This document shows positions 15,226-23,452 of a stretch of DNA of 38,703 nt, one piece after another (the first letter of the stretch is position 1; each line of letters begins with the position of its first letter). The notes beneath the pieces were generated by a model. The model was not told the DNA's origin, ran no database searches, and was given only the letters and a program-made list of their open reading frames with translations. This DNA comes from Candidatus Nanoarchaeia archaeon (GTDB taxonomy: Archaea; Nanobdellota; Nanobdellia; Pacearchaeales; GW2011-AR1). Position numbers and translations under genes: made by a program. The stretch is from positions 1 through 38,703 of the forward strand of contig DATDUI010000037.1 of the NCBI GenBank assembly GCA_035290465.1, read 5' to 3'.

Positions 15226-15479
15226 TAATTAAACATATCTTCATATTTTGATAAGTTTATTTTCCCATTATCAACTTTATTTCTTAATTCCATAACTTTT
15301 TTTGTTGATTTATCAAGCTTATTTTTCCCCAATGATCCTAGAAACAGATCAAATTCAAATAAATCAAATTCTTTTTCAATTACCTCTTTAGTAACTTGTT
15401 GAGCAAGAGCTAAGATTTCTTTTTGTCTATATTCTAAGAAATTATTTAATTCTGGACAAGAAACCTGTGACTGTTCCAT
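15222..15479 (-). CDS. Hypothetical small helical protein, convergent with 14677..15225 and overlapping it by 4 nt
   Basis: It is an 85-aa ORF with normal-looking composition. I recognise no motif. Confidence 0.4.
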   Translation of the reverse strand: MEQSQVSCPELNNFLEYRQKEILALAQQVTKEVIEKEFDLFEFDLFLGSLGKNKLDKSTKKVMELRNKVDNGKINLSKYEDMFNY

Positions 15480-15637
15480 TATTTATTACAAGATTTCTCC
15501 CTTATAAATTTTATTATGAATTAGAATTGTCCCTTTTTTTGCCATGAATATCTAAGCAAAATCTTGTTTAAAATCCTTTCTATTTTTTCTCAAATCAAAA
15601 TATTTAAAAAAGGTTATTATCTTGGAATAGTAACAAA

Positions 15638-17164
15638 ATGGAATTATTATTAATCATTTTTTTGTGTATGACTGTAATAGAAGTCTTGGCTTTAGTTGTG
15701 CTTATTTTTATTACTAATCTTAAAAAGAAATCGTATAAAATTCATAGAATTGTGATTAAAAAAAAGGCTAAGGTTATTGAAAAAAAGAAATTTAAATTAA
15801 AGGATGTATCAAAGGAGCAGTGGGTTATTTTTGGATTTTATGTTTTGGTTATTGGTTTTATCGCTTATATTAGTTTGAGTAATTATATGCCTGAGGTTAT
15901 GACTCCAATTAATAGTGGGGAGTATTCAATTTCATTGGAGAATCCAACTAATAGTTTGAAAGTATTGTATTTTAGTAAGGATATTTTTGATGATGTTAAT
16001 AATGGTTCAATTATGGTTAATAGTGAAAGTATTGTTGATTTAGTATTTAAACCAAAGTTGATTTTAGAAAATGGGAGAGATGCGGAAATTTTAATTGAGG
16101 GGAAGAATTTAGGTACTGATGTTTATTTTGATGATAAGTTGATTATACCTGATTTGAGTGATTATGAGAAAGTTGGTGATTTTGAGGATAGTGAAGTTTG
16201 GATTAAGAGGGATTTGGTAAAGGAGTCTTATATTGATCAAGATACTTTGAATGATTTTATTTATTTTAATTTTCCTGGGGCTAGTGTTTATTCTTTTAAG
16301 GAATTAGATAAGGGTGTTCCTGTTTTAACAGATTGGGCATCAACTGAGACAAGGATTGATACTACTTTTAGAGCTAGTTTAAAATTAGCTGTTTATCATG
16401 GGGGCGGAGATTTGAATCTTAAATTTACTAAACAGGATTTAAATGGTTATGTTGGAAAGGATGAATATAATTTGTCTGTGATTGATTTTTCTACTGGAAA
16501 AATTGTTTATTCTGAAATTTTTAAGGATGATGGAGATAAGAAAGATAGTAAAATTTTAGGGGATGAAGAGGATTATAATGTTAATATTAATTTAGATAGG
16601 GGAATTTATTATTTAGATTTTAAAGAAGATAAAAATAATCCTTCGGCTGATTCAACTTTGAAGAATTTTAAGATTAGTTCAAATAAGGTTTTGATTGTTG
16701 GGGATATGCTTGTTTATGAGCCAAATCAAAAGTTTTTTACAAAAGCTAATAATGCTAAAGAAATTAAATTTAAATATTGGTGGGATGGTAAAGAACAGCA
16801 TATTTATTTTACTGGGGATAAAATATTTACCGAAAATATTAATAAAGATTACAAAGGTAAAGATTACATTGTTAAGCTAGAAAAAGGATTTTATAATTTT
16901 AAAATTGAAAAAGGATATATCTGGGTTAAGGGAGATTATTTTTCTGTTGATAAAATTTCTTGGTTTGATTTACCTACATCTGGAGAAACAAAATTAAAAT
17001 CTAATAATGATGTTTTGATTTTTGGTAAAGATAATTATATTATTGAGGGAGAAAATGTTTTTGTTAAGATTCCTATTAAAATTAAAGATGAAACTAGTAA
17101 ATATAAATTTCAGGTTTTAGACAAGGATAAATTTATTATAAATAAAATTGAGATTGTGATTTAA
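15638..17164 (+). CDS. N-terminally anchored extracytoplasmic protein, translationally coupled to the downstream GT-C enzyme
   Basis: It has a single N-terminal TM helix (LLLIIFLCMTVIEVLALVVLIFI) and a second hydrophobic helix, followed by a beta-rich region of about 420 aa. Its stop at 17162..17164 lies 1 nt before ATG 17166. Confidence 0.7.
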   Translation: MELLLIIFLCMTVIEVLALVVLIFITNLKKKSYKIHRIVIKKKAKVIEKKKFKLKDVSKEQWVIFGFYVLVIGFIAYISLSNYMPEVMTPINSGEYSISLENPTNSLKVLYFSKDIFDDVNNGSIMVNSESIVDLVFKPKLILENGRDAEILIEGKNLGTDVYFDDKLIIPDLSDYEKVGDFEDSEVWIKRDLVKESYIDQDTLNDFIYFNFPGASVYSFKELDKGVPVLTDWASTETRIDTTFRASLKLAVYHGGGDLNLKFTKQDLNGYVGKDEYNLSVIDFSTGKIVYSEIFKDDGDKKDSKILGDEEDYNVNINLDRGIYYLDFKEDKNNPSADSTLKNFKISSNKVLIVGDMLVYEPNQKFFTKANNAKEIKFKYWWDGKEQHIYFTGDKIFTENINKDYKGKDYIVKLEKGFYNFKIEKGYIWVKGDYFSVDKISWFDLPTSGETKLKSNNDVLIFGKDNYIIEGENVFVKIPIKIKDETSKYKFQVLDKDKFIINKIEIVI

Positions 17165-17165
17165 A

Positions 17166-19325
17166 ATGAAGTTTAATTTTGATCCTTATTCAAAACAATT
17201 TATGTTTTTTGGGATTTTTGTTTTTTTAAGTTTGGTTTTGATGAATGAATTAGATATTTTACCTTCTTGGGTAAATGTTAAATTTGGATTTATTTTAATG
17301 ATGACTGCAATAACTTATTTTTTTGTTGTTAAAATAAAAGAGATTCCTGAAAAAAAGAGGGATAAATCAAGTATTGTTTATTATTTTAGTCATTTTTTTT
17401 TGTTGAGTTTAATTATTATTGCTGTTAATCAGTTTTTAAAGAGGCAGATTATTATTGATAATTTGTTTTATATTTCGGTTGTTTCAATTGCTTTTGGTTT
17501 TTTGACTTTTTATGCTAATCGAGATAGGGTTGAAAAAGAGATTGAGGACGAAAAAATTGCTGAGGATAAAGCTGAGGAGAAAAGAGAGAATGAGTTTGAT
17601 AAGAAGTTTCCTAGATTAAAATGGTTTGATTTTTCATATAAGTTTAAGGAGTGTTTTAGTGATAGAAGATGGTTTGAATGGATTTTTAGGATTTTAATTT
17701 GCCCTTTTGTGTTTTTGGCAAGGTTGCCTTATGTTTTTGTTAAGTGGATGTATCGGGAGGGTTGGTGGTATAGTTTTGTGCTGGCTTTAATTTTGTTAAA
17801 TTCTTTTATGATTTCAATTGATAATTTAGATCTTCTCCCATTACAAAATGATGAATTTTTGACATATAATGCAGTGAATTATATTATAAATGGAGATTTT
17901 AAAATGATTGATTTTCAATATGGTGCAGATTCAAGTAAAAGTCAATTATTTTATAGTAGGTCTCTTCCATTTTCATTAGGCGTAGCTTTTTTTGTAAAAA
18001 TTCTTGGAGGAGATTCTTTAAATTATTTTAACTTAAGATTTTTTTCGGTTTTTTGTTGGGTCTTAACTTTAATAGTTTTTTATTTGATTCTTAAAATATT
18101 TTTAACAAAAATTCCTCTTTTATTTTTATTATTCAGTTTTTCATTATTTTATCTTAATATTTATTATTCAAGGGTATCTAGAATGTATTCTTTATTTCTT
18201 TTTATATTTTTTGTTTTAATTTTACTTGGTTTAAAAATCTTTTCAAAATTAAAAGAAGAAAAAAAATTTCCATCAATAAAAAGATCTCTCCTAATTCAAA
18301 AAGAATTTTTCATTTCTAACTTTCGAGAAATAACGTTATTTTTGATAATATTCTTTATAGGAATAAAAGTTCATTACCATACTTTTTTTGTATTGATAAT
18401 CTTTTATTTTTATTTGGTTTTTAATATAAAGAAATATAAATGGCTCTTTTATCCTTTAATTTTATTTTTAATAATTGGTTTATTTTTAATCGGATTTCAT
18501 TTATTTATTTACCCTTTAATTGGAGTATGGTATTTTAATTCAAGAGGTATAATTTATCCTCAATTTCTAGAATATAATTACAAATATCTTGCTGGGGGGA
18601 TTGGAACAATTATGTTATTTTTTATTCCATTATTTCAGCTTAAGAAATCTCCAAATTTAATCAAATTTTCTTATATTGTTTTGTTTTCAATTGTTCCATT
18701 ATATCTTTTTTTATTTAATGGGATTCAATTTCATGAACCAAGATATATGATGTTCATTTATCCATTTTATCTAATTATCATCGTTTATTCTATTTACCTT
18801 ATTTCTAAATTATTTACTGAAAAAAATAAATTTAAAACTATTTTATTTTTATTCTCTTTATTTATTTTATTTATAACTCCTTTTACAATTTTCGGTATTT
18901 GTGGTAATAATCTTTTGGTTTCTTGTCCTATAAGTCATGAGTCAAAGATATTTAATTTAGACAGATGGAATTATGATTATGATGAAATTTATCAAAAAAT
19001 AAAAGAAAATTTAGAAGATGATACAATAATTGTTGGGAGAACAATACATGAATTTTATTTAGAAAAATATTCTATTGATAATGATGTATATCCTTTAATT
19101 GAAAATATTGATTATCCTAAAGATTCTTTTACTGAATATTCTAAAGAAGATCTTGAAAAAAAAGATTTGATTTTTGTGGAGTATCCTGAATTAATTTATG
19201 TCCAAAGAGAAGAATCATTTGATGAGATTTATAATTATCTGGATAATAGAGAGGACAAAAAATTAATTTATGAATCGGAAGATAAAAAGACATTAGTTTA
19301 TAGCATTTCCAAAAAAGTTTCTTAA
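17166..19325 (+). CDS. Large polytopic membrane protein, GT-C-like glycosyltransferase (PMT_2/ArnT-like)
   Basis: It has many TM helices and the loop motif ISIDNLDLLPLQNDEFLTYNAV (acidic DE). It ends in a C-terminal soluble domain. Confidence 0.6.
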   Translation: MKFNFDPYSKQFMFFGIFVFLSLVLMNELDILPSWVNVKFGFILMMTAITYFFVVKIKEIPEKKRDKSSIVYYFSHFFLLSLIIIAVNQFLKRQIIIDNLFYISVVSIAFGFLTFYANRDRVEKEIEDEKIAEDKAEEKRENEFDKKFPRLKWFDFSYKFKECFSDRRWFEWIFRILICPFVFLARLPYVFVKWMYREGWWYSFVLALILLNSFMISIDNLDLLPLQNDEFLTYNAVNYIINGDFKMIDFQYGADSSKSQLFYSRSLPFSLGVAFFVKILGGDSLNYFNLRFFSVFCWVLTLIVFYLILKIFLTKIPLLFLLFSFSLFYLNIYYSRVSRMYSLFLFIFFVLILLGLKIFSKLKEEKKFPSIKRSLLIQKEFFISNFREITLFLIIFFIGIKVHYHTFFVLIIFYFYLVFNIKKYKWLFYPLILFLIIGLFLIGFHLFIYPLIGVWYFNSRGIIYPQFLEYNYKYLAGGIGTIMLFFIPLFQLKKSPNLIKFSYIVLFSIVPLYLFLFNGIQFHEPRYMMFIYPFYLIIIVYSIYLISKLFTEKNKFKTILFLFSLFILFITPFTIFGICGNNLLVSCPISHESKIFNLDRWNYDYDEIYQKIKENLEDDTIIVGRTIHEFYLEKYSIDNDVYPLIENIDYPKDSFTEYSKEDLEKKDLIFVEYPELIYVQREESFDEIYNYLDNREDKKLIYESEDKKTLVYSISKKVS

Positions 19326-20245
19326 TTTTCTTTTTTTAAAATTAAAAAAGGAATAGCCCCAAACAATCTATAAATTAATTCTATTAAATATAATAAAAAT
19401 GAAGCAATTAACGCTTTTTCAGGAAGAACTAAGTTCCATTTTGCGAATTCTATGAAAAGAAATTCCCTTATTCCAAATCCTTGGAAAGAGATAGGCAAAA
19501 CTAAGGCTATTGTTAATAATGGGATCAGAATAAATAATTCAATGGTTTTTACTTCAAAACCTACTGCAGAAAATATTAAATGATATATAATTACTTGCAA
19601 AAGAATGATAATTAAACAATAAAATGAATGCATTATCAATTCTTTTTTTGTTCTTTGACTTTCAAAGATTATTTTATTAAATAATTCATTTTTAATTAAA
19701 TTACAAATTTTCTTTTTAATCCATTTTTCAATTGTCGCATAAATAAAGACTATACTAAAAAAGAATAATATTCCGAATAAAATTGTTGGAATTTTTTCAT
19801 TATTTGTTAAAAAATAAATTGTGAAAATTGAACATCCTAAAAGAATATACCAAATAAGAGAATATATTCTATCGATTAATGAAGAGAATAAAACTTTTTT
19901 CTTCTCTTTAAATGAAAACATCTTATAAGTTTCGCTTCCAATAGCACCTATTCCAAAAAGGTTTACAAAATCTGAAGCCCAATAGATACTCATTAATTCT
20001 TTTAAATTAGTTTTATTATATTTTTTAAGAAAAACATTCCATTTTAAAACCATAAAGATTAAGGTTACAAAAGCAAGAAACAAGCAAGGAATTAGAAATA
20101 AGACATTTATCTCTTTTAATAAAGATAAAACTTGAGAAATATTCAAATTAACAAATACAAAATATAAGATACACAAACTTAAAAGTAATTTAATAATAAG
20201 GTTATATTTATTCCAGAATTGTTTAATTTTATTTAATATTTTCAT
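19322..20245 (-). CDS. Flippase-like membrane protein (lysyl-phosphatidylglycerol-synthase TM region / UPF0104-like)
   Basis: It has about 8 TM helices. The N-terminus KLLLSLCILYFVFVNLNISQVLSLLKEINVLFLIPCLFLAF is typical of this family. It is the last gene of the glycosylation operon. Confidence 0.6.
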   Translation of the reverse strand: MKILNKIKQFWNKYNLIIKLLLSLCILYFVFVNLNISQVLSLLKEINVLFLIPCLFLAFVTLIFMVLKWNVFLKKYNKTNLKELMSIYWASDFVNLFGIGAIGSETYKMFSFKEKKKVLFSSLIDRIYSLIWYILLGCSIFTIYFLTNNEKIPTILFGILFFFSIVFIYATIEKWIKKKICNLIKNELFNKIIFESQRTKKELIMHSFYCLIIILLQVIIYHLIFSAVGFEVKTIELFILIPLLTIALVLPISFQGFGIREFLFIEFAKWNLVLPEKALIASFLLYLIELIYRLFGAIPFLILKKEN

Positions 20246-20727
20246 TTACTGATAACTTTGTTTGCATTTATCTTGGAATTGTCTTCTATCTTTACTGGAC
20301 CAATTATCTTTGCTCCAGCCCCAATCATAACATTATCCCCTATAACCGGAAATCCATTTGAGATAAAATTTGTTCCAATAGTCACAGAATGATAAATAAT
20401 ACAATTTTTTCCTATAATTGCCCGGGGATTAATAAAAATTTGTCCAAAATGAGGAAGAACTAACCCCCCTCCAACTTTTGTTTCAGGATAAATCTCAATC
20501 CCCGTTATTAAAGTCAGAGGTCTCCAAATAAATAGCAAATATAATGTTTTTAACAGAGGGATTTTATTTATTAATTGCCCAATTCGAAAAATAATTAAAA
20601 ACCATACGGGGGGACAAAAAATAATATTCTTAAAGGTATCCAAGAAAAAAGAATTAAACCCCACACAATTTTTCATTTTGTAATCATGTAATGATTTCAA
20701 GTCCTGGTATAATAATTTAAAACTCAT
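20242..20727 (-). CDS. Left-handed beta-helix (hexapeptide) acetyltransferase, serine-acetyltransferase/EpsC-like
   Basis: The hexapeptide repeats are GIEIYPETKVGGGLVLPHFGQIFINPRAIIGKNCIIYHSVTIG ... PVIGDNVMIGAGAKIIGPVKIEDNSKINANKVI. Confidence 0.75.
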   Translation of the reverse strand: MSFKLLYQDLKSLHDYKMKNCVGFNSFFLDTFKNIIFCPPVWFLIIFRIGQLINKIPLLKTLYLLFIWRPLTLITGIEIYPETKVGGGLVLPHFGQIFINPRAIIGKNCIIYHSVTIGTNFISNGFPVIGDNVMIGAGAKIIGPVKIEDNSKINANKVISK

Positions 20728-21843
20728 TTACAAAACCTCTTCATATCTTTTTATAATATTTTCATATTTAAAATTATCTTCATATCTTTTTCTTGCATTT
20801 TTCATAAACTTATTTAATAATTTTTTATTTTCAACCATTATTCTTATTTTTCTTTTAATTTCTTTTATATTTTCTCTTTCCACTAAAAATCCCTCATCTT
20901 TAGATACAGTTTCTTTGCAAGCCGTAATATTTGAAGATAGAATAGCACATCTTGTACTCATTGCTTCGATATATACAATCCCTTGACTTTCTCTTTTAGA
21001 AAGTAAAGAAAAGATTTTTGATTTATTTAATAAAGTTTGATATTCTTTTTTTGTATTATCCAGCCATCCCGTAAAAATTACATTCTTACTATTATCGGCT
21101 AATTTAGACAATTCATTTTTATAAGGCCCATCTCCGGCAATATATAATTTCCAATCTTTTAGATTAAGTTGATTAAAAGCAGTAATCAAAAATTGAAAAC
21201 CTTTTCTTTCTAAAAGTCTGCCTGAAGACATGATTAGATTTTGTTTTTTAATAGATTTGTCTAAATAATCATTTGCACCATTAGGGATAATCCTAACATC
21301 ATATTCTCCAATTTCCTTTTTTATTAAATCTCTCAAATATTTCGATGGAGAAGTTATCAACTTTGCTTCTTTGCAAACTCCTCTTAACATTGGTCCTGTA
21401 AAATAATGTAACAATTGAAATCTGTCTGTGTTGTAATGTGGTATATCACTTCCATGAGCAGTTATAATGTATGGAATCCCAAATTTTTTTTTAACCCATT
21501 TTGCTAAAATTCCCGTTGGGATAATAAAATGGCAATGACAAATATCATAATGGTTATCTTTCAAATGCTCTTTCAAAAACTTTTTTGCAGAATAAAGATA
21601 ACTTAATTGCTCCCAAGGATGACAAATTTCTTTTTTGCTTCTAATGCATTTTACTCGATAAATTTTCATTCCATCTTTTTTTTCATATTCTGGTAAATCC
21701 TTGTAACCCATAGTCACAACCCCTACTTGATTTCCTTCTTTTACATAACCTTTTCCCAATTCGTAAGAAACTGGACTTGCCCCCCCACCCAATGGTGGAA
21801 ATTCATAATTTAAAATTAATATTCTTTTTGTTTTATTTAGCAT
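20728..21843 (-). CDS. GT4-family (GT-B) glycosyltransferase
   Basis: The N-terminal motif is ILILNYEFPPLGGGASPVSYELGKGY. The C-terminal motif is SKRESQGIVYIEAMSTRCAILSSN (E-x7-E type region). Confidence 0.85.
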   Translation of the reverse strand: MLNKTKRILILNYEFPPLGGGASPVSYELGKGYVKEGNQVGVVTMGYKDLPEYEKKDGMKIYRVKCIRSKKEICHPWEQLSYLYSAKKFLKEHLKDNHYDICHCHFIIPTGILAKWVKKKFGIPYIITAHGSDIPHYNTDRFQLLHYFTGPMLRGVCKEAKLITSPSKYLRDLIKKEIGEYDVRIIPNGANDYLDKSIKKQNLIMSSGRLLERKGFQFLITAFNQLNLKDWKLYIAGDGPYKNELSKLADNSKNVIFTGWLDNTKKEYQTLLNKSKIFSLLSKRESQGIVYIEAMSTRCAILSSNITACKETVSKDEGFLVERENIKEIKRKIRIMVENKKLLNKFMKNARKRYEDNFKYENIIKRYEEVL

Positions 21844-22333
21844 TTTGATTGTTTAGATATTCTTTATATTCTTCTTCATTCATTATTGAATAAGATCTTA
21901 TTATTTTCATATCTTTTTTTGGATTGTGTTTTCTGATTGAAACTGAAAGTTGGTCTGTATCTGAATCTTTTGATTCTTCTCTTTGTCTTTTATCTACTAA
22001 AAGACGGATTATCTGGCAATCGTCCTTAATAAGATAATTTTCAGAATTACCTTTCTTTAATGCATCTAGAACTACTTTAGCAATATTATCAACATCTTGT
22101 GAGTCATATCTCTTTTTATTTACATGAATCACAATTGCGACATCAAGTTTTTCGTTTTCTATGTTTTTCCAACTTAAATCATTTATTTTTTCAAATTCTA
22201 AATGTGCTTTTATTTTAGAAATGGTTTCTTTTTTGCCGAAATAATAAGATTTTACTTCTAATAGTAATCCAAAATTTTTGGAATCTTCTAAGATCCAATA
22301 ATCATCACTGCAATTTTTTTGTTTATTTTTCAT
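21833..22333 (-). CDS. RusA-like Holliday-junction resolvase family protein
   Basis: LDVAIVIHVNKKRYDSQDVDNIAKVVLDALKKGNSENYLIKDDCQIIRLLVDK matches the RusA core D-[LV]-DN-[LI]-xK-xx-[LF]-DAL ... DD-xQ-[VI]. All three catalytic Asp positions are present. Confidence 0.6.
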   Translation of the reverse strand: MKNKQKNCSDDYWILEDSKNFGLLLEVKSYYFGKKETISKIKAHLEFEKINDLSWKNIENEKLDVAIVIHVNKKRYDSQDVDNIAKVVLDALKKGNSENYLIKDDCQIIRLLVDKRQREESKDSDTDQLSVSIRKHNPKKDMKIIRSYSIMNEEEYKEYLNNQNAK

Positions 22334-23271
22334 TTCCGAATAATTTCCCTAATATGATATCTTTTTTCATTCGGAGAAGTCTTTAATTGAATTTTTATTA
22401 AAAGATCGATAATCATTCCAAAACTAAAAAACATAATACCCATAACCATCATAAAAAATCCTAAAATAAACCAACCATTTGCACTTAAATCTAAACCATT
22501 CATTAATTTTTCTTCAAACATCCAGAGTTCAATTAAAAAACCTGAAATAAAAGAAATTAATCCTAATAATCCAAAAATATGAAGTGGTCTTTGTGAATAT
22601 TTTTGTATAAACCAAATATAAATTAAATCGATAAAACCTCTAATAGCTTTACTATAACCATATTTAGTTTTACCATATATTCTTGGTCTATGATTTACCA
22701 CTATTTCACCAATTCTAAATCCCTTCCATTTTAAAATAGCTAAAATATAACGATGCATTTCACCTTGAATGTCTATAGCCTTAATTGCTTCCCTTTTGTA
22801 TACTCGTAATGTGCAACCAGTGTCATGAACCTCGTCGTTAATGAGTATTTTTCTCAAAAATCTACCAATATGAGTAAGAATTTTAATACCACCTTTATCT
22901 TGTCTATCTTTTCTCCAACCACAAACAACATCCAAATTATCTTTTTTTAATTTCTCCAATAATTGAGGTATATCCTTTGGATCATTTTGTAAATCCCCGT
23001 CCATAGAAATAACGATTTTTCCCTGAGAGATTTTAAATCCTGCGTCTAAGGCAGTTGCTTGGCCATAATTTTTATTAAGATTCACAATTATAACATTTTT
23101 TAATTTTTGAAGTTCATTTAAACTATTATCAGAACTTCCATCATTAATATAGATAATTTCATAATTTTTAGAAATATTATCCATTACTAATTTTATTTCT
23201 TTATTCAATTGAATTATATTTTCTTCTTCATTATATATTGGTATAACAACAGAATATTCTATTCCTTTCAT
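22330..23271 (-). CDS. GT2 polyprenyl/dolichyl-phosphate glycosyltransferase (DPM1/ArnC-like) with C-terminal TM helices
   Basis: It carries YSVVIPIYNEEENI, YINDGSSDNS and MDGDLQNDP (DxD region). Two C-terminal TM helices follow. Confidence 0.85.
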   Translation of the reverse strand: MKGIEYSVVIPIYNEEENIIQLNKEIKLVMDNISKNYEIIYINDGSSDNSLNELQKLKNVIIVNLNKNYGQATALDAGFKISQGKIVISMDGDLQNDPKDIPQLLEKLKKDNLDVVCGWRKDRQDKGGIKILTHIGRFLRKILINDEVHDTGCTLRVYKREAIKAIDIQGEMHRYILAILKWKGFRIGEIVVNHRPRIYGKTKYGYSKAIRGFIDLIYIWFIQKYSQRPLHIFGLLGLISFISGFLIELWMFEEKLMNGLDLSANGWFILGFFMMVMGIMFFSFGMIIDLLIKIQLKTSPNEKRYHIREIIRK

Positions 23272-23294
23272 TTTTTTAAAAAAATATCTGCGAG

Positions 23295-23302
23295 TTATAA
23301 AC
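23295..23302 (-). promoter_or_regulatory. TATA-like box (minus-strand TTTATAAC) for the glycosylation operon
   Basis: The box is centred about 27 nt upstream of ATG 23271. Confidence 0.4.
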
Positions 23303-23334
23303 CTTTTTAATTTTACTATTTAAGTCCAGTGAAT

Positions 23335-23446
23335 TTATCCCAAAATTTCTAATTTTATCCACTTATCGCCAAATGAATTTTTCGTTATCCAAAATCCTTT
23401 TTTTTTATCCCGTTTTCGTCCAAAGGTTTTTAAATGAAAATTATCC
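23335..23446 (+). promoter_or_regulatory. Array of five perfect, same-orientation TTATCC boxes plus degenerate copies in the divergent intergenic region
   Basis: Perfect copies lie at 23335, 23355, 23385, 23405 and 23441. Variants are TTATCGCC at 23363 and TTCGTCC at 23415. The first four perfect copies are spaced 20/30/20 nt apart, which puts them in helical phase. Confidence 0.55.
23427..23435 (+). promoter_or_regulatory. TATA-like box TTTTTAAAT for the 23453 operon
   Basis: The box is centred 22-25 nt upstream of the ATG ATG at 23453/23456. Confidence 0.45.
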
Positions 23447-23452
23447 TATTTA

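Noticed and set aside
16770-16800. WWDGK in the 508-aa protein as a possible AglB/STT3 WWDYG motif
   Set aside because: The motif does not fit W-W-D-[YWF]-G. The protein has only N-terminal anchor helices rather than the 13-TM STT3 core. The resemblance is probably coincidental.
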